Sequence record: MZ326868.1
Strand: one strand, 5' to 3'
DNA from: Stenotrophomonas phage Marzo
Length of the DNA stretch: 32,000 nt
Shown: positions 15,987-23,756 of the stretch, piece after piece
Numbering within the stretch: the stretch's first letter is position 1
Layout of the letters: every line of letters starts with the position of its first letter
Made by a program: the position numbers and the translations under genes
The notes under the pieces: model-generated
What the model saw: only the letters and a program-made list of their open reading frames with translations
What the model was told of the DNA's origin: nothing
Database searches by the model: none

Positions 15987-17396
15987 ATGAGTGACATTTC
16001 CAATGAGCGCTTGATTCTGGCGGCGCTTGTAAAGAACGAGGAGTATCTGCGAAAGATGCTCCCGTTCTTGAAGCCAGAGTACTTTGAGGATGCGGCAGAA
16101 GGTCGCATGCTCAAGATGATCTTTGAACATGCTCAGCGATACAACGAACTGCCCGATAAGTCAACCCTGATCGTCGCGGCGAAGAACGATCAAAGCCTCT
16201 CAGAAGGTCAAGCTGATGCGCTGCAAGAAACGATCTTGGACGTATTCAGCATCATCCCATCCAAGAACGTTGAGTATCTGTCGGAGACAACAGAGCAGTT
16301 CGTCCAGAAGACTGAAGTCTATCTGGCGATCCAGAAAGCGATTGCGATCTATCAAGGCGAAGACCTGAAACAGACTGTCGCGGCGATCCCGGACATCTTG
16401 GCGAAGGCGTTGGCAGTCAGCTTTGACATCAAGATCGGCATGGAGTACTTCGATACCGCTGCAGAGCGATTCGACTTCTACTCCAATCCGGAAAGTCGAG
16501 TCCCGTTCCGACTGGAGTCCTTCAACGAGATCACTTGTGGCGGCGTGATCCGAAAGACGATGAATCTTCTGGTCGCGGGCGTGAACGTTGGTAAGACGAT
16601 GGGTCTTATCAGTCTTGCAGCCGATTATGTGCGAGACGGTTACAACGTCCTGTACATCTCAGGCGAAATGCGAGAGGAGATGATCTCCCAGCGTCTGGAC
16701 GCGAATCTGCTCGGCACCAACGTCAACGATCTGGTCAAGCTCGGCAAGGAGAAGTTCCTGAGCCGAGTCGAAAGCCTCAAGCAGAAGTCCTACGGTCGAT
16801 TTGTCGTCAAGGAGTTTGCTCCGGGTACGGCAACGAACCTGTCCATCAAGCACACGATGGACGACTTGAAGCTGAAGAAGAACTTCGTACCCGACATCAT
16901 CATCTGCGATTACCTGCAGATCATGGCATCGAGTCGTATGGCATATGGATCGCAGGGTAGCTACTACTACTACAAGGCAGTCGCGGAAGAGTTGCGAGCC
17001 CTGGCGGTAGCGACGAACACGGTTCTCTGGACGGCGGCGCAGTTCAACCGAGGAGGCATGAACAGCTCTGAGGTTGGCATGGAGGACATTGCAGAATCGA
17101 CAGGTATTGCCCAGACAGCGGATGGTATGTGGGCACTGATCAGAACGGAAGAGTTGGATCAGGTCAACAAGCTGATGGTCAAGCAGTTGAAATCACGATA
17201 CGCTAACAAGGCGGTGAAACTGAAGTTCACCATCGGCGTGGACGTTGACAAGCAGACGCTGTATTCAGTCGAGGATGATAACGCTGATCAGTACATGGAC
17301 GAGTCTAAGGGGTCGAACTACTCTCAGGCGGACATCAAGGAGCAGTTCATGAAACAGAATGGCGGATCGAAAAGAGACATGTCAAAACTCAAATGA
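15987..17396 (+). CDS. 41: Replicative DNA helicase gp41 (DnaB-like)
   Basis: 'MNLLVAGVNVGKTMGLISLAADYVRDGYNVLYISGEM', 'DIIICDYLQIMASSR', 'WTAAQFNRGG...EDIAESTGIAQTAD'. Confidence 0.95.
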   Translation: MSDISNERLILAALVKNEEYLRKMLPFLKPEYFEDAAEGRMLKMIFEHAQRYNELPDKSTLIVAAKNDQSLSEGQADALQETILDVFSIIPSKNVEYLSETTEQFVQKTEVYLAIQKAIAIYQGEDLKQTVAAIPDILAKALAVSFDIKIGMEYFDTAAERFDFYSNPESRVPFRLESFNEITCGGVIRKTMNLLVAGVNVGKTMGLISLAADYVRDGYNVLYISGEMREEMISQRLDANLLGTNVNDLVKLGKEKFLSRVESLKQKSYGRFVVKEFAPGTATNLSIKHTMDDLKLKKNFVPDIIICDYLQIMASSRMAYGSQGSYYYYKAVAEELRALAVATNTVLWTAAQFNRGGMNSSEVGMEDIAESTGIAQTADGMWALIRTEELDQVNKLMVKQLKSRYANKAVKLKFTIGVDVDKQTLYSVEDDNADQYMDESKGSNYSQADIKEQFMKQNGGSKRDMSKLK

Positions 17397-17400
17397 GGCC

Positions 17401-17429
17401 TTGACGGCTTCACATTCATCAGGTATCAT
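17401..17429 (+). promoter_or_regulatory. sigma70-like promoter candidate
   Basis: TTGACG (17401-17406), 17 bp spacer, TATCAT (17424-17429), 27 nt before the next CDS. Confidence 0.6.
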
Positions 17430-17455
17430 ATAGTCTCAATCAAGGAGACGTAGCG

Positions 17456-17761
17456 ATGAATGAGAATGTGAAGCCGGCAGAGTTCAAGCGAGTGTTCAAC
17501 AGCCGTGAACAGATCCGCGATAACACCCTGGTGGCTGGTCTGGAAGCGTTCTACAACGTCTGCAATCGAGATCCTCAGAACTGGATCTACACGATGGTCT
17601 CGCACAATGGCGCGGTCGTGTGTATGCAGGAGTACGCAAAGGCTGGCGGTTTTGCGGTCCTCAAGCCGTCGGAGCTGCAGGAAATCGAAGCCGGCATTGT
17701 TCCGGAATGGGCTGCCAAGATCATGGCTGAATTCGAGCGCCGCTATAACATTCGCCTCTAA
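17456..17761 (+). CDS. Hypothetical protein, 101 aa
   Basis: ORF with AAGGAG RBS, between a good promoter and a terminator hairpin. Confidence 0.75.
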   Translation: MNENVKPAEFKRVFNSREQIRDNTLVAGLEAFYNVCNRDPQNWIYTMVSHNGAVVCMQEYAKAGGFAVLKPSELQEIEAGIVPEWAAKIMAEFERRYNIRL

Positions 17762-17766
17762 CACGA

Positions 17767-17790
17767 ACGCCCCAGGTCCGCTTGGGGCGT
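17767..17790 (+). terminator. Hairpin terminator
   Basis: ACGCCCCA-(8 nt)-TGGGGCGT followed by CTCTTTGTG. Confidence 0.75.
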
Positions 17791-17797
17791 CTCTTTG

Positions 17798-17805
17798 TGT
17801 AAATA
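17798..17805 (+). promoter_or_regulatory. T4-late-like promoter candidate (TGTAAATA)
   Basis: 7/8 match to TATAAATA, intergenic, 32 nt upstream of a structural-type gene and just after a terminator. Confidence 0.5.
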
Positions 17806-17837
17806 TCCTGAAGAGTTTCTTTCACCAGGAGAATTAC

Positions 17838-19073
17838 ATGGCAGCACCAACCTACTTGCCTGAGGCGATTGCTACCGCGATTGGCTGGGCACACCCGATC
17901 ACAGGCGAACAGCTGGACGTTACCAAGGGGCTGGCTGCCCCGGTTGCATACTACAAGCCGAACGCGAAGAACCAATCGTTCCTTGACCCGGCTGGCGCAA
18001 CTGCTGCCCTGCTGCACTTCGTCAAGAAGGGTGACAAGAAGGTCATCTTCCAGATCCACGCCAAGAAGGCTATCAAGAGTGTCAGCGTTGATTACGGTGA
18101 CGGAACTCCAGCCGAGACCACTGGCGCGAGCTTCATTCATGCGTTCGATGTGACTGGCACTGAGACCTTCACTGTTACGGCGACCATCACATATGCAGAC
18201 GATACGACTGGCACTGTTACGGCTGATGTCGAGTACATCGCTGGTGTCCCTGCAGCTCCTGCTAATACTGCTGTGCCGACTATTACCGGATCGGCAGTCG
18301 TCGGACAAGTCCTGACCGCAGTTGATGGAACCTGGACCGGTAACCCGGCTCCGACCTTCACATACGCTTGGTTCCGTGGGACCACAGCAATCTCTGGCGC
18401 AACCAGCAAGACCTACACTCTGGTTGCAGCTGATGCCGGCTCGACCGTGAAGGTTCGCGTGACTGGGACCAATTCCGAAGGCACAGCCAATGCCGAATCA
18501 GCTCCGACTGCAAGCGTGACGCAAGCTCCAGCTAACACCGCTGTTCCGACAGTGACTGGTACAGCTCGCGTTGGTCAGACATTGACCGCAGCTCCAGGAA
18601 CATGGACCGGCACGCCAACTCCGACTTACACCTACCAGTGGCAGCGTGGTACAACCAACATCAGCGGTGCGACAAGCTCGACTTATGTCCTGGTTGCAGC
18701 TGACGCAGGACAGACAGTTCGCGTGGTTGTGACTGGCACCAACTCGGCAGGTAACGCTTCGGCGAACAGCGCCAACACAGCTTCGGTGACCCAGACTCCA
18801 GCTAACACCGCTGTGCCGACCATCACCGGAACGGCTCAGGAAGGTCAGGTCTTGACCTCGACCAACGGCACCTGGACTGGCACACCAACACCGACCTACA
18901 CACGTCAGTGGAAGGCAGGCGGAGTTGATATCGCTGGTGCAACGGCTCAGACCTACACTCCAGTGGCAGGCGACGTTGGCAAGACCATCACCGTTGCGGT
19001 CACAGGCACCAACAGCGCGGGTAATGCAACCGCAACGTCGGCAGCCACAGCAGCGGTTGTCGCGGCGGCATAA
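17838..19073 (+). CDS. Hoc-like / Ig-like capsid decoration protein with PKD-like and three tandem repeat domains
   Basis: ATG 17838 after CAGGAG; 'VSVDYGDGTPAETTGASFIHAFDVTGTETFTVTATITY' PKD-like, then three about 90-aa repeats starting APANTAVPTITG/APANTAVPTVTG/TPANTAVPTITG. Confidence 0.72.
   Translation: MAAPTYLPEAIATAIGWAHPITGEQLDVTKGLAAPVAYYKPNAKNQSFLDPAGATAALLHFVKKGDKKVIFQIHAKKAIKSVSVDYGDGTPAETTGASFIHAFDVTGTETFTVTATITYADDTTGTVTADVEYIAGVPAAPANTAVPTITGSAVVGQVLTAVDGTWTGNPAPTFTYAWFRGTTAISGATSKTYTLVAADAGSTVKVRVTGTNSEGTANAESAPTASVTQAPANTAVPTVTGTARVGQTLTAAPGTWTGTPTPTYTYQWQRGTTNISGATSSTYVLVAADAGQTVRVVVTGTNSAGNASANSANTASVTQTPANTAVPTITGTAQEGQVLTSTNGTWTGTPTPTYTRQWKAGGVDIAGATAQTYTPVAGDVGKTITVAVTGTNSAGNATATSAATAAVVAAA
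18255..19064 (+). repeat. Three tandem 270 bp coding repeats (90 aa each)
   Basis: Repeat units begin at 18255, 18525 and 18795 with GCTCCTGCTAATACTGCTGTGCCGAC-type starts; exact 270 bp period. Confidence 0.85.
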
Positions 19074-19088
19074 CCTTGAAACACTTTC

Positions 19089-19111
19089 GGGCCCAGGTAG
19101 ATCCTGGGCCC
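19089..19111 (+). terminator. Rho-independent terminator
   Basis: GGGCCCAGG-TAGAT-CCTGGGCCC perfect 9 bp stem, followed by TTCTGTCT. Confidence 0.85.
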
Positions 19112-19155
19112 TTCTGTCTATATCATACCAGGATACCAAATGATGGAGGTCTGTT

Positions 19156-20076
19156 ATGGGTGGTAATGTAGTGATCAATGGAATGTCCGCTCGGCGCATC
19201 GAAGTTGAGACTCTTGAGCAGCTAGTGGATCTGAATCATGAAGTCGCGATCTTGATGCATCGGCTGCAAATGGAACCGGGCTCCTACTTCCCGACTGGCA
19301 GCTATCGTGCAATGCTCGAGAATTTCAGCCGTGTTCATCAGTCGAAGCCGTCACTGGGTGACGTGGACATTGCAGTACACAAGGATTCCAAGGGTCACAT
19401 CATGGCGAGGCTGCCGCAGCTGGAAGCGATTGATGCAATCGCAGGATGGAAGGTCTCGGGATCGAACATCATCGTCCTGACCAACACCGGAGAGCAAATC
19501 GATCTGGAGCTGACCGATGGTAGCGCATGGTCGCTATGGATCCGACAGTCAGACATTGCCGATCTGGATTGCGGCATCAAGGGATTCGCCAACATCTTCC
19601 TCTTCCGGGCTCTGACCTCGCTGACTGTCAAGGACTTTCCGGGTCTTGGTGAGATGAACGAGTATGCCTTCAGCCTGAATGGTCTCCGCCGCAAGGTTGA
19701 GATGAATGGAGCTGTCGCGCAGGTCATCCCGTCAGCGAAGGTTAAGCCGAGCGATTACATTACCGATCCGGGAACGATCCTCCAGATCCTGTTGGCAGAT
19801 CGTTGCTTCCAGCCAGTCTCCAAGATCATCCCGAGTGATGTATGGGAAGTGTCAAGTTCGTTCGTGAAGTTGTGGGCGTTCGTGTGTAGCTGGATCAAGT
19901 CAAAGAACGATCTGGACAAGATCGGCAATGCCCTGTACGATCTGCTATATAGCGACAAAGCGCAGAGCCTGTATCGGGATGACCCCGAACGAGACCAAGC
20001 AGAGAAGGATGCAATATGGAAAGAGTTCCAGCGCACACTCATGATGAACAAGGCGTCCGTCGCCTATGAAGATTGA
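19156..20076 (+). CDS. Putative pol-beta-superfamily nucleotidyltransferase-like protein
   Basis: 'PTGSYRAMLENFSRVHQSKPSLGDVDIAVH' fits the GS...GDxDhxh pattern of nucleotidyltransferases; GGAGG RBS. Confidence 0.5.
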   Translation: MGGNVVINGMSARRIEVETLEQLVDLNHEVAILMHRLQMEPGSYFPTGSYRAMLENFSRVHQSKPSLGDVDIAVHKDSKGHIMARLPQLEAIDAIAGWKVSGSNIIVLTNTGEQIDLELTDGSAWSLWIRQSDIADLDCGIKGFANIFLFRALTSLTVKDFPGLGEMNEYAFSLNGLRRKVEMNGAVAQVIPSAKVKPSDYITDPGTILQILLADRCFQPVSKIIPSDVWEVSSSFVKLWAFVCSWIKSKNDLDKIGNALYDLLYSDKAQSLYRDDPERDQAEKDAIWKEFQRTLMMNKASVAYED

Positions 20077-21010
20077 GGATCTAGACGCGATCCTCCGAGA
20101 CAGAAAGTTCCGTACCAAGAGAGTCAGCGCAAAGCGATTGGTTGTCTACACGAGCGGGTCACGGCAAGAGCTGATGGCCCAGCTCGGCAATGAGTTCGGC
20201 GGAGTCTTCTGCCCGAACCCTGATTCATACTCGACAGCCGGTTCAACAGACTATGGTTTCTTCAAACTGTATGCGAAGCCCGACAAAGGCGCGGGCGCGA
20301 AGGCGGCTGGAATCGACAATGAAGATCTCCTTGTCAAGGCCTTGAATAGATACACGACTGATTACAAGAAGGTGACGGTCACGTTTGAGGCGCTCAATAT
20401 GAAGATCAATGTCGCCGATGTCAAGTTCGCTCGGCACTCCGGTGCAGACACGAAGGGACGCAAGAAGGCTGACGTTGTGCTCGAGACTTCATCCGGTGAG
20501 GTGCCGATCTCGGTCAAGAAGGACAAGGCGGAGATGTGGGAGTCGGCTGATTCCTACTGGTCGGCGAACACAGGCATGGTCATCAATCACCTGCTGAAGA
20601 AGGGTGAGATCACCATGGAGCCGAACAAGAACGTCTACAAGATCAAGCCGAGCGTTGCTATCGAGGCGACACCGGAGGAGAAGCGTGACGTCGTGTTCGG
20701 ATCGGACCTTCTAGGTAAAGGGTTCGTAGCTCAGAAGTCATATAGTGAATCAGACTTTTCCTTTAACTTGAAGGCAAAAGAGCTTAAAATCAATTGTACG
20801 CACTTGATCCAGTCTGAGGAGGACGTTCATGGCGACCACGATGTGTGGTTCCTGATTCGCCCAGACGCGACAAGGAGATCTGTGAAAGAGTGGCCAGGTG
20901 TTCGCACGCTGGCGGTTTATCAAACCCGACTGACCTCTGGCGTCAGGCGTTATGAGAGGAGTGTGTTCAATGGATGCAAGTCCAAGAGTGGGAATCAAAA
21001 ACGTAACTGA
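20066..21010 (+). CDS. Hypothetical protein, PD-(D/E)XK nuclease-like core candidate
   Basis: 'KKADVVLETSSGEVPISVKKDKAEMWESAD' fits D-x(n)-[I]SxKK of PD-(D/E)XK folds; overlaps the previous gene by 11 bp. Confidence 0.4.
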   Translation: MKIEDLDAILRDRKFRTKRVSAKRLVVYTSGSRQELMAQLGNEFGGVFCPNPDSYSTAGSTDYGFFKLYAKPDKGAGAKAAGIDNEDLLVKALNRYTTDYKKVTVTFEALNMKINVADVKFARHSGADTKGRKKADVVLETSSGEVPISVKKDKAEMWESADSYWSANTGMVINHLLKKGEITMEPNKNVYKIKPSVAIEATPEEKRDVVFGSDLLGKGFVAQKSYSESDFSFNLKAKELKINCTHLIQSEEDVHGDHDVWFLIRPDATRRSVKEWPGVRTLAVYQTRLTSGVRRYERSVFNGCKSKSGNQKRN

Positions 21011-21776
21011 TCTGGGACAGACGAGGTATGAAAGCCTGTTTGCCCCACGGAACGCGGATAACACCAAGTTCCAGTTCCGCTACATGAACGCCAAGATCAA
21101 GATGGACGGCATCCCTCTGCGGTTCGGGTTTGACGAATCGTGCACTCCGTTCGTGGAGACCAGCCGCAGCGGCTTGATCTATCATCCGACGATGTTCGTC
21201 TTGCATGCGAAGGACAAACCAGACTCTAATCCACGCAAGCCGTGGATGGTCGCAACCGCATACAAGTATCAGGATCTGGCTACACGGATTCTCAATCTGC
21301 TGCACGCCGTTCCGCTGCACAAGCGGTATCGGAATCTCAAGGTTCACGCAGAGTGCTTGCCAAGATGCTTTCAGGATGTGAACGGACGGATCGTCACCTT
21401 GCCCTACACTCTACCAGAAGGCACTCATCTGGTCATGTACCCATACCACGTGGACGGTGATAGACGTGCACCGATGGTAGTGGCTGAGGAGATTCTCCTG
21501 CGATCGACGTCGTTCCCATACGCTGATCGGCAGAGGCACAAGAAGGAGATCTTGATTGAGAATGATGCAATCACGTTGCCGCTGATCGAGTCGGAGACTC
21601 AGCCGTACCCATCTGAACTGGCACACGATATCCTATCCGGAGTGAATTTGTATACACCTTACGGTCCAATTGAAGGCGTCATCATCCCTACAGAATACGG
21701 CGACGCGAAGGTTCAGAGTCAAATCTACAAGGAAGCGCGCAGCTCGCTGAAGATCAAGCTGGTGGTGGAAGAATGA
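20970..21776 (+). CDS. Putative ATP-dependent ligase-like covalent nucleotidyltransferase
   Basis: KxDG motif 'KIKMDGIPLRFG', motif IV-like 'IEGVIIPTEYG', C-terminal 'SLKIKLV' motif V-like; AGGAG 10 nt upstream of ATG 20970. Confidence 0.45.
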   Translation: MDASPRVGIKNVTDLGQTRYESLFAPRNADNTKFQFRYMNAKIKMDGIPLRFGFDESCTPFVETSRSGLIYHPTMFVLHAKDKPDSNPRKPWMVATAYKYQDLATRILNLLHAVPLHKRYRNLKVHAECLPRCFQDVNGRIVTLPYTLPEGTHLVMYPYHVDGDRRAPMVVAEEILLRSTSFPYADRQRHKKEILIENDAITLPLIESETQPYPSELAHDILSGVNLYTPYGPIEGVIIPTEYGDAKVQSQIYKEARSSLKIKLVVEE

Positions 21777-22273
21777 ACATCCTCTTCCCGGGACGATTCC
21801 AGCCGATCCACAAGGGTCACGTCCACACCTTCAATGAGCTCAGCAAGAAGGGTAAAGTCCACATTGCTGTTATTCGTGGTGCCGTGACATCCCGAAACCT
21901 GAAACTCAATCCCTTCAGTGAGGATCAACAGCTTGATCTGATTCAGGACGCGTTGCCCGATGCGGAACCGATCATCTTTGCGAACGGCTACCTTCCGGAC
22001 ATTCTGGAATGGTACAAGGAGCACGGAATCAAGATTGACGCCATCGCCTGTGGGTCGGATCGGATAAATACCTACGCAGCCCAGCTTGCACGCGGTGGCG
22101 TAAGTGACGTGGTGATCTATCCGGTGAAGCGTCTTGGGTCGGCGACAGAAGTTCGTCGTCACCTGGCGGAAGACAACCGGTTGTTGTTCCAAGCGTCTAT
22201 GCCCGAATCGCTTCACGGCTGGTACAAAATCTTGAAGAGAACGGTGGATCAACCAGATGGCGACATTGAATGA
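21773..22273 (+). CDS. Nicotinamide-nucleotide adenylyltransferase-like / cytidylyltransferase-family protein
   Basis: 'ILFPGRFQPIHKGHVHTF' (HxGH), 'CGSDR...VKRLGSATEVRRHL' ([ST]xTxxR-like region); ATGA overlap with upstream gene. Confidence 0.82.
   Translation: MNILFPGRFQPIHKGHVHTFNELSKKGKVHIAVIRGAVTSRNLKLNPFSEDQQLDLIQDALPDAEPIIFANGYLPDILEWYKEHGIKIDAIACGSDRINTYAAQLARGGVSDVVIYPVKRLGSATEVRRHLAEDNRLLFQASMPESLHGWYKILKRTVDQPDGDIE
22063..22070 (+). promoter_or_regulatory. T4-late-like promoter candidate (GATAAATA) ahead of tail/structural genes
   Basis: 7/8 match to TATAAATA, about 190 nt upstream of the ORF at 22257. Confidence 0.25.
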
Positions 22274-22445
22274 AGAAGAGGGTGGCGGCGGAGATGGCGG
22301 CTCGACCTCCAACAGCACCACACAGATTGCAAAGCCTGACAAGCCCATGAAGGGTGAAAAGATGATGAAGCGTCAGGACCGGACGAAACTGGAAGAGTGG
22401 ACTCTGGAAATGATGGTCCGGCAGGTCAAAGGAACGCTTTCGTGA
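22257..22445 (+). CDS. Hypothetical Gly-rich N-terminus small protein, 62 aa
   Basis: MATLNEEEGGGGDGGSTSNSTTQIA...; overlaps neighbours at both ends. Confidence 0.5.
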   Translation: MATLNEEEGGGGDGGSTSNSTTQIAKPDKPMKGEKMMKRQDRTKLEEWTLEMMVRQVKGTLS

Positions 22446-22843
22446 TCATCCCAAATGAAGGGCAGGGTCTGAACAAGAAGCGTCATCTGATGCCGCAGAT
22501 TTCCGACTACAATGCCTTCATCGCTGATCTCGAGTCGGAGGGTGTCGACGTGACCACGGTCATGATCAAAGCCTCCCGTCTCACTCCGACCCAGTCCAAC
22601 TTCAACGAGGACAAGGTCAACCGGATGATCGAGGATGAAAGCTGGAAGCGCGGAGCAATCGTATCGTCAAAGGACGATTGCGTCCTGGACGGACATCACA
22701 GATGGCTGGCGGCTGCACAGGATGATTCTTCAATCCGTACCCGTCGAATCGGGATGAACATTGAGGATCTGCTCGCGTTCGTCAAGGACAAGAGCTATGT
22801 TGAATACAAGAAGATCAATGAGGCTAGACAATGGGCAAACTGA
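22442..22843 (+). CDS. ParB-like nuclease-domain protein
   Basis: GTG 22442 overlapping TGA; 'KRGAIVSSKDDCVLDGHHRWLAAAQ' is a ParB/sulfiredoxin-fold signature. Confidence 0.65.
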   Translation: MIIPNEGQGLNKKRHLMPQISDYNAFIADLESEGVDVTTVMIKASRLTPTQSNFNEDKVNRMIEDESWKRGAIVSSKDDCVLDGHHRWLAAAQDDSSIRTRRIGMNIEDLLAFVKDKSYVEYKKINEARQWAN

Positions 22844-23592
22844 GAAAGCCGACAGGCATCACCTTTGAGTTGGAACTGACCGAGCTTGGCAAGACCGTCA
22901 AGTATCGTCCGTTCAAGCTGAAGGAACAGAAGAAGCTGCTGCTTGCATCCGGCTTGAAAGACAAAGCCGTGATGACCAATGCCCTGCTTGACATCGTGGA
23001 ACAATGTACGTTCGGTGAACTGAATGTTCGCAAGCTGCCGATGCACATCACGGACTATCTGTTCACCAAGATCTACATCAAGTCGGTCGGTAACATGAGT
23101 CAAGCACAGTTTGAATGTGCGGGCGAAGTCATCGAGAAGGATGATGAAGGACATGATCATAAGGTTCCGTGCGGCGTCAAGCTGAACCTGAACCTTGATC
23201 TGGAACGTGCGACTCTCGTCTATCCGGACACTTACCGCCCGAACGAGACGATTGAGCTGGAAGATGGGATGTTCGTCCGCCTCCGAGTTCCGACGTTTGA
23301 AGAACAACAGAAGATCGACTTCTCCAAGTCACTGACTGACGTCACCGACCAGTTCATCGTGTCGCTGATCGAAGCCATCGTGGATGGAGAAGAAATGCAG
23401 ATTCCGGGTCAGGACGTCACCCCAGACGAGGTGGTGGAATGGCTGGACGAACTGTCTGCATCCTCAATCGAGAAGATCACAGGCTTCCTGCAGAATCTCC
23501 CCCAGTTGACGATGGACGTCAACGTGACCTGCCCCAAATGTGGTAGGAAGGAGGAGTTCAAGCTCACGGGCCTTGAGGATTTTTTCGGCTGA
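22831..23592 (+). CDS. 26: Baseplate hub assembly protein gp26-like / tail assembly chaperone
   Basis: T4 gp26-like architecture with C-terminal 'VTCPKCGRKEEFKLTGLEDFFG'; immediately upstream of a large coiled-coil tail protein. Confidence 0.75.
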   Translation: MGKLRKPTGITFELELTELGKTVKYRPFKLKEQKKLLLASGLKDKAVMTNALLDIVEQCTFGELNVRKLPMHITDYLFTKIYIKSVGNMSQAQFECAGEVIEKDDEGHDHKVPCGVKLNLNLDLERATLVYPDTYRPNETIELEDGMFVRLRVPTFEEQQKIDFSKSLTDVTDQFIVSLIEAIVDGEEMQIPGQDVTPDEVVEWLDELSASSIEKITGFLQNLPQLTMDVNVTCPKCGRKEEFKLTGLEDFFG

Positions 23593-23756
23593 TGCTTCCG
23601 GAAGGCAAGTTGCAAGACTTGCTGAGCCATTTCCACACGATGGTGGAATATGGGTACACGGACAGCTACCTTGACGAGATGCACCCCTTTGAGCTGGAAC
23701 TACAGTCTATCGTCATCATCGGCATCAACAATGACAGAAAGGCTAACGCAACATGA
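23592..23756 (+). CDS. Small ORF (54 aa), potential -1 frameshift extension of gp26-like protein
   Basis: MLPEGKLQDLLSHFHTMVEYGYTDSYLDEMHPFELELQSIVIIGINNDRKANAT*; in the -1 frame relative to gp26; overlaps stop (TGATG) and the next start (ATGA). Confidence 0.6.
   Translation: MLPEGKLQDLLSHFHTMVEYGYTDSYLDEMHPFELELQSIVIIGINNDRKANAT

Noticed and set aside
17505-17837. N-terminal extension of the 522-aa ORF in the supplied track
   Set aside because: It overlaps the 101-aa gene, a terminator hairpin and a late-like promoter; the true start with an RBS is ATG 17838.
18498-19199. 233-aa minus-strand ORF over the decoration gene
   Set aside because: Cys/Arg/Ser-rich periodic composition is a by-product of the 270 bp coding repeat read in antisense.
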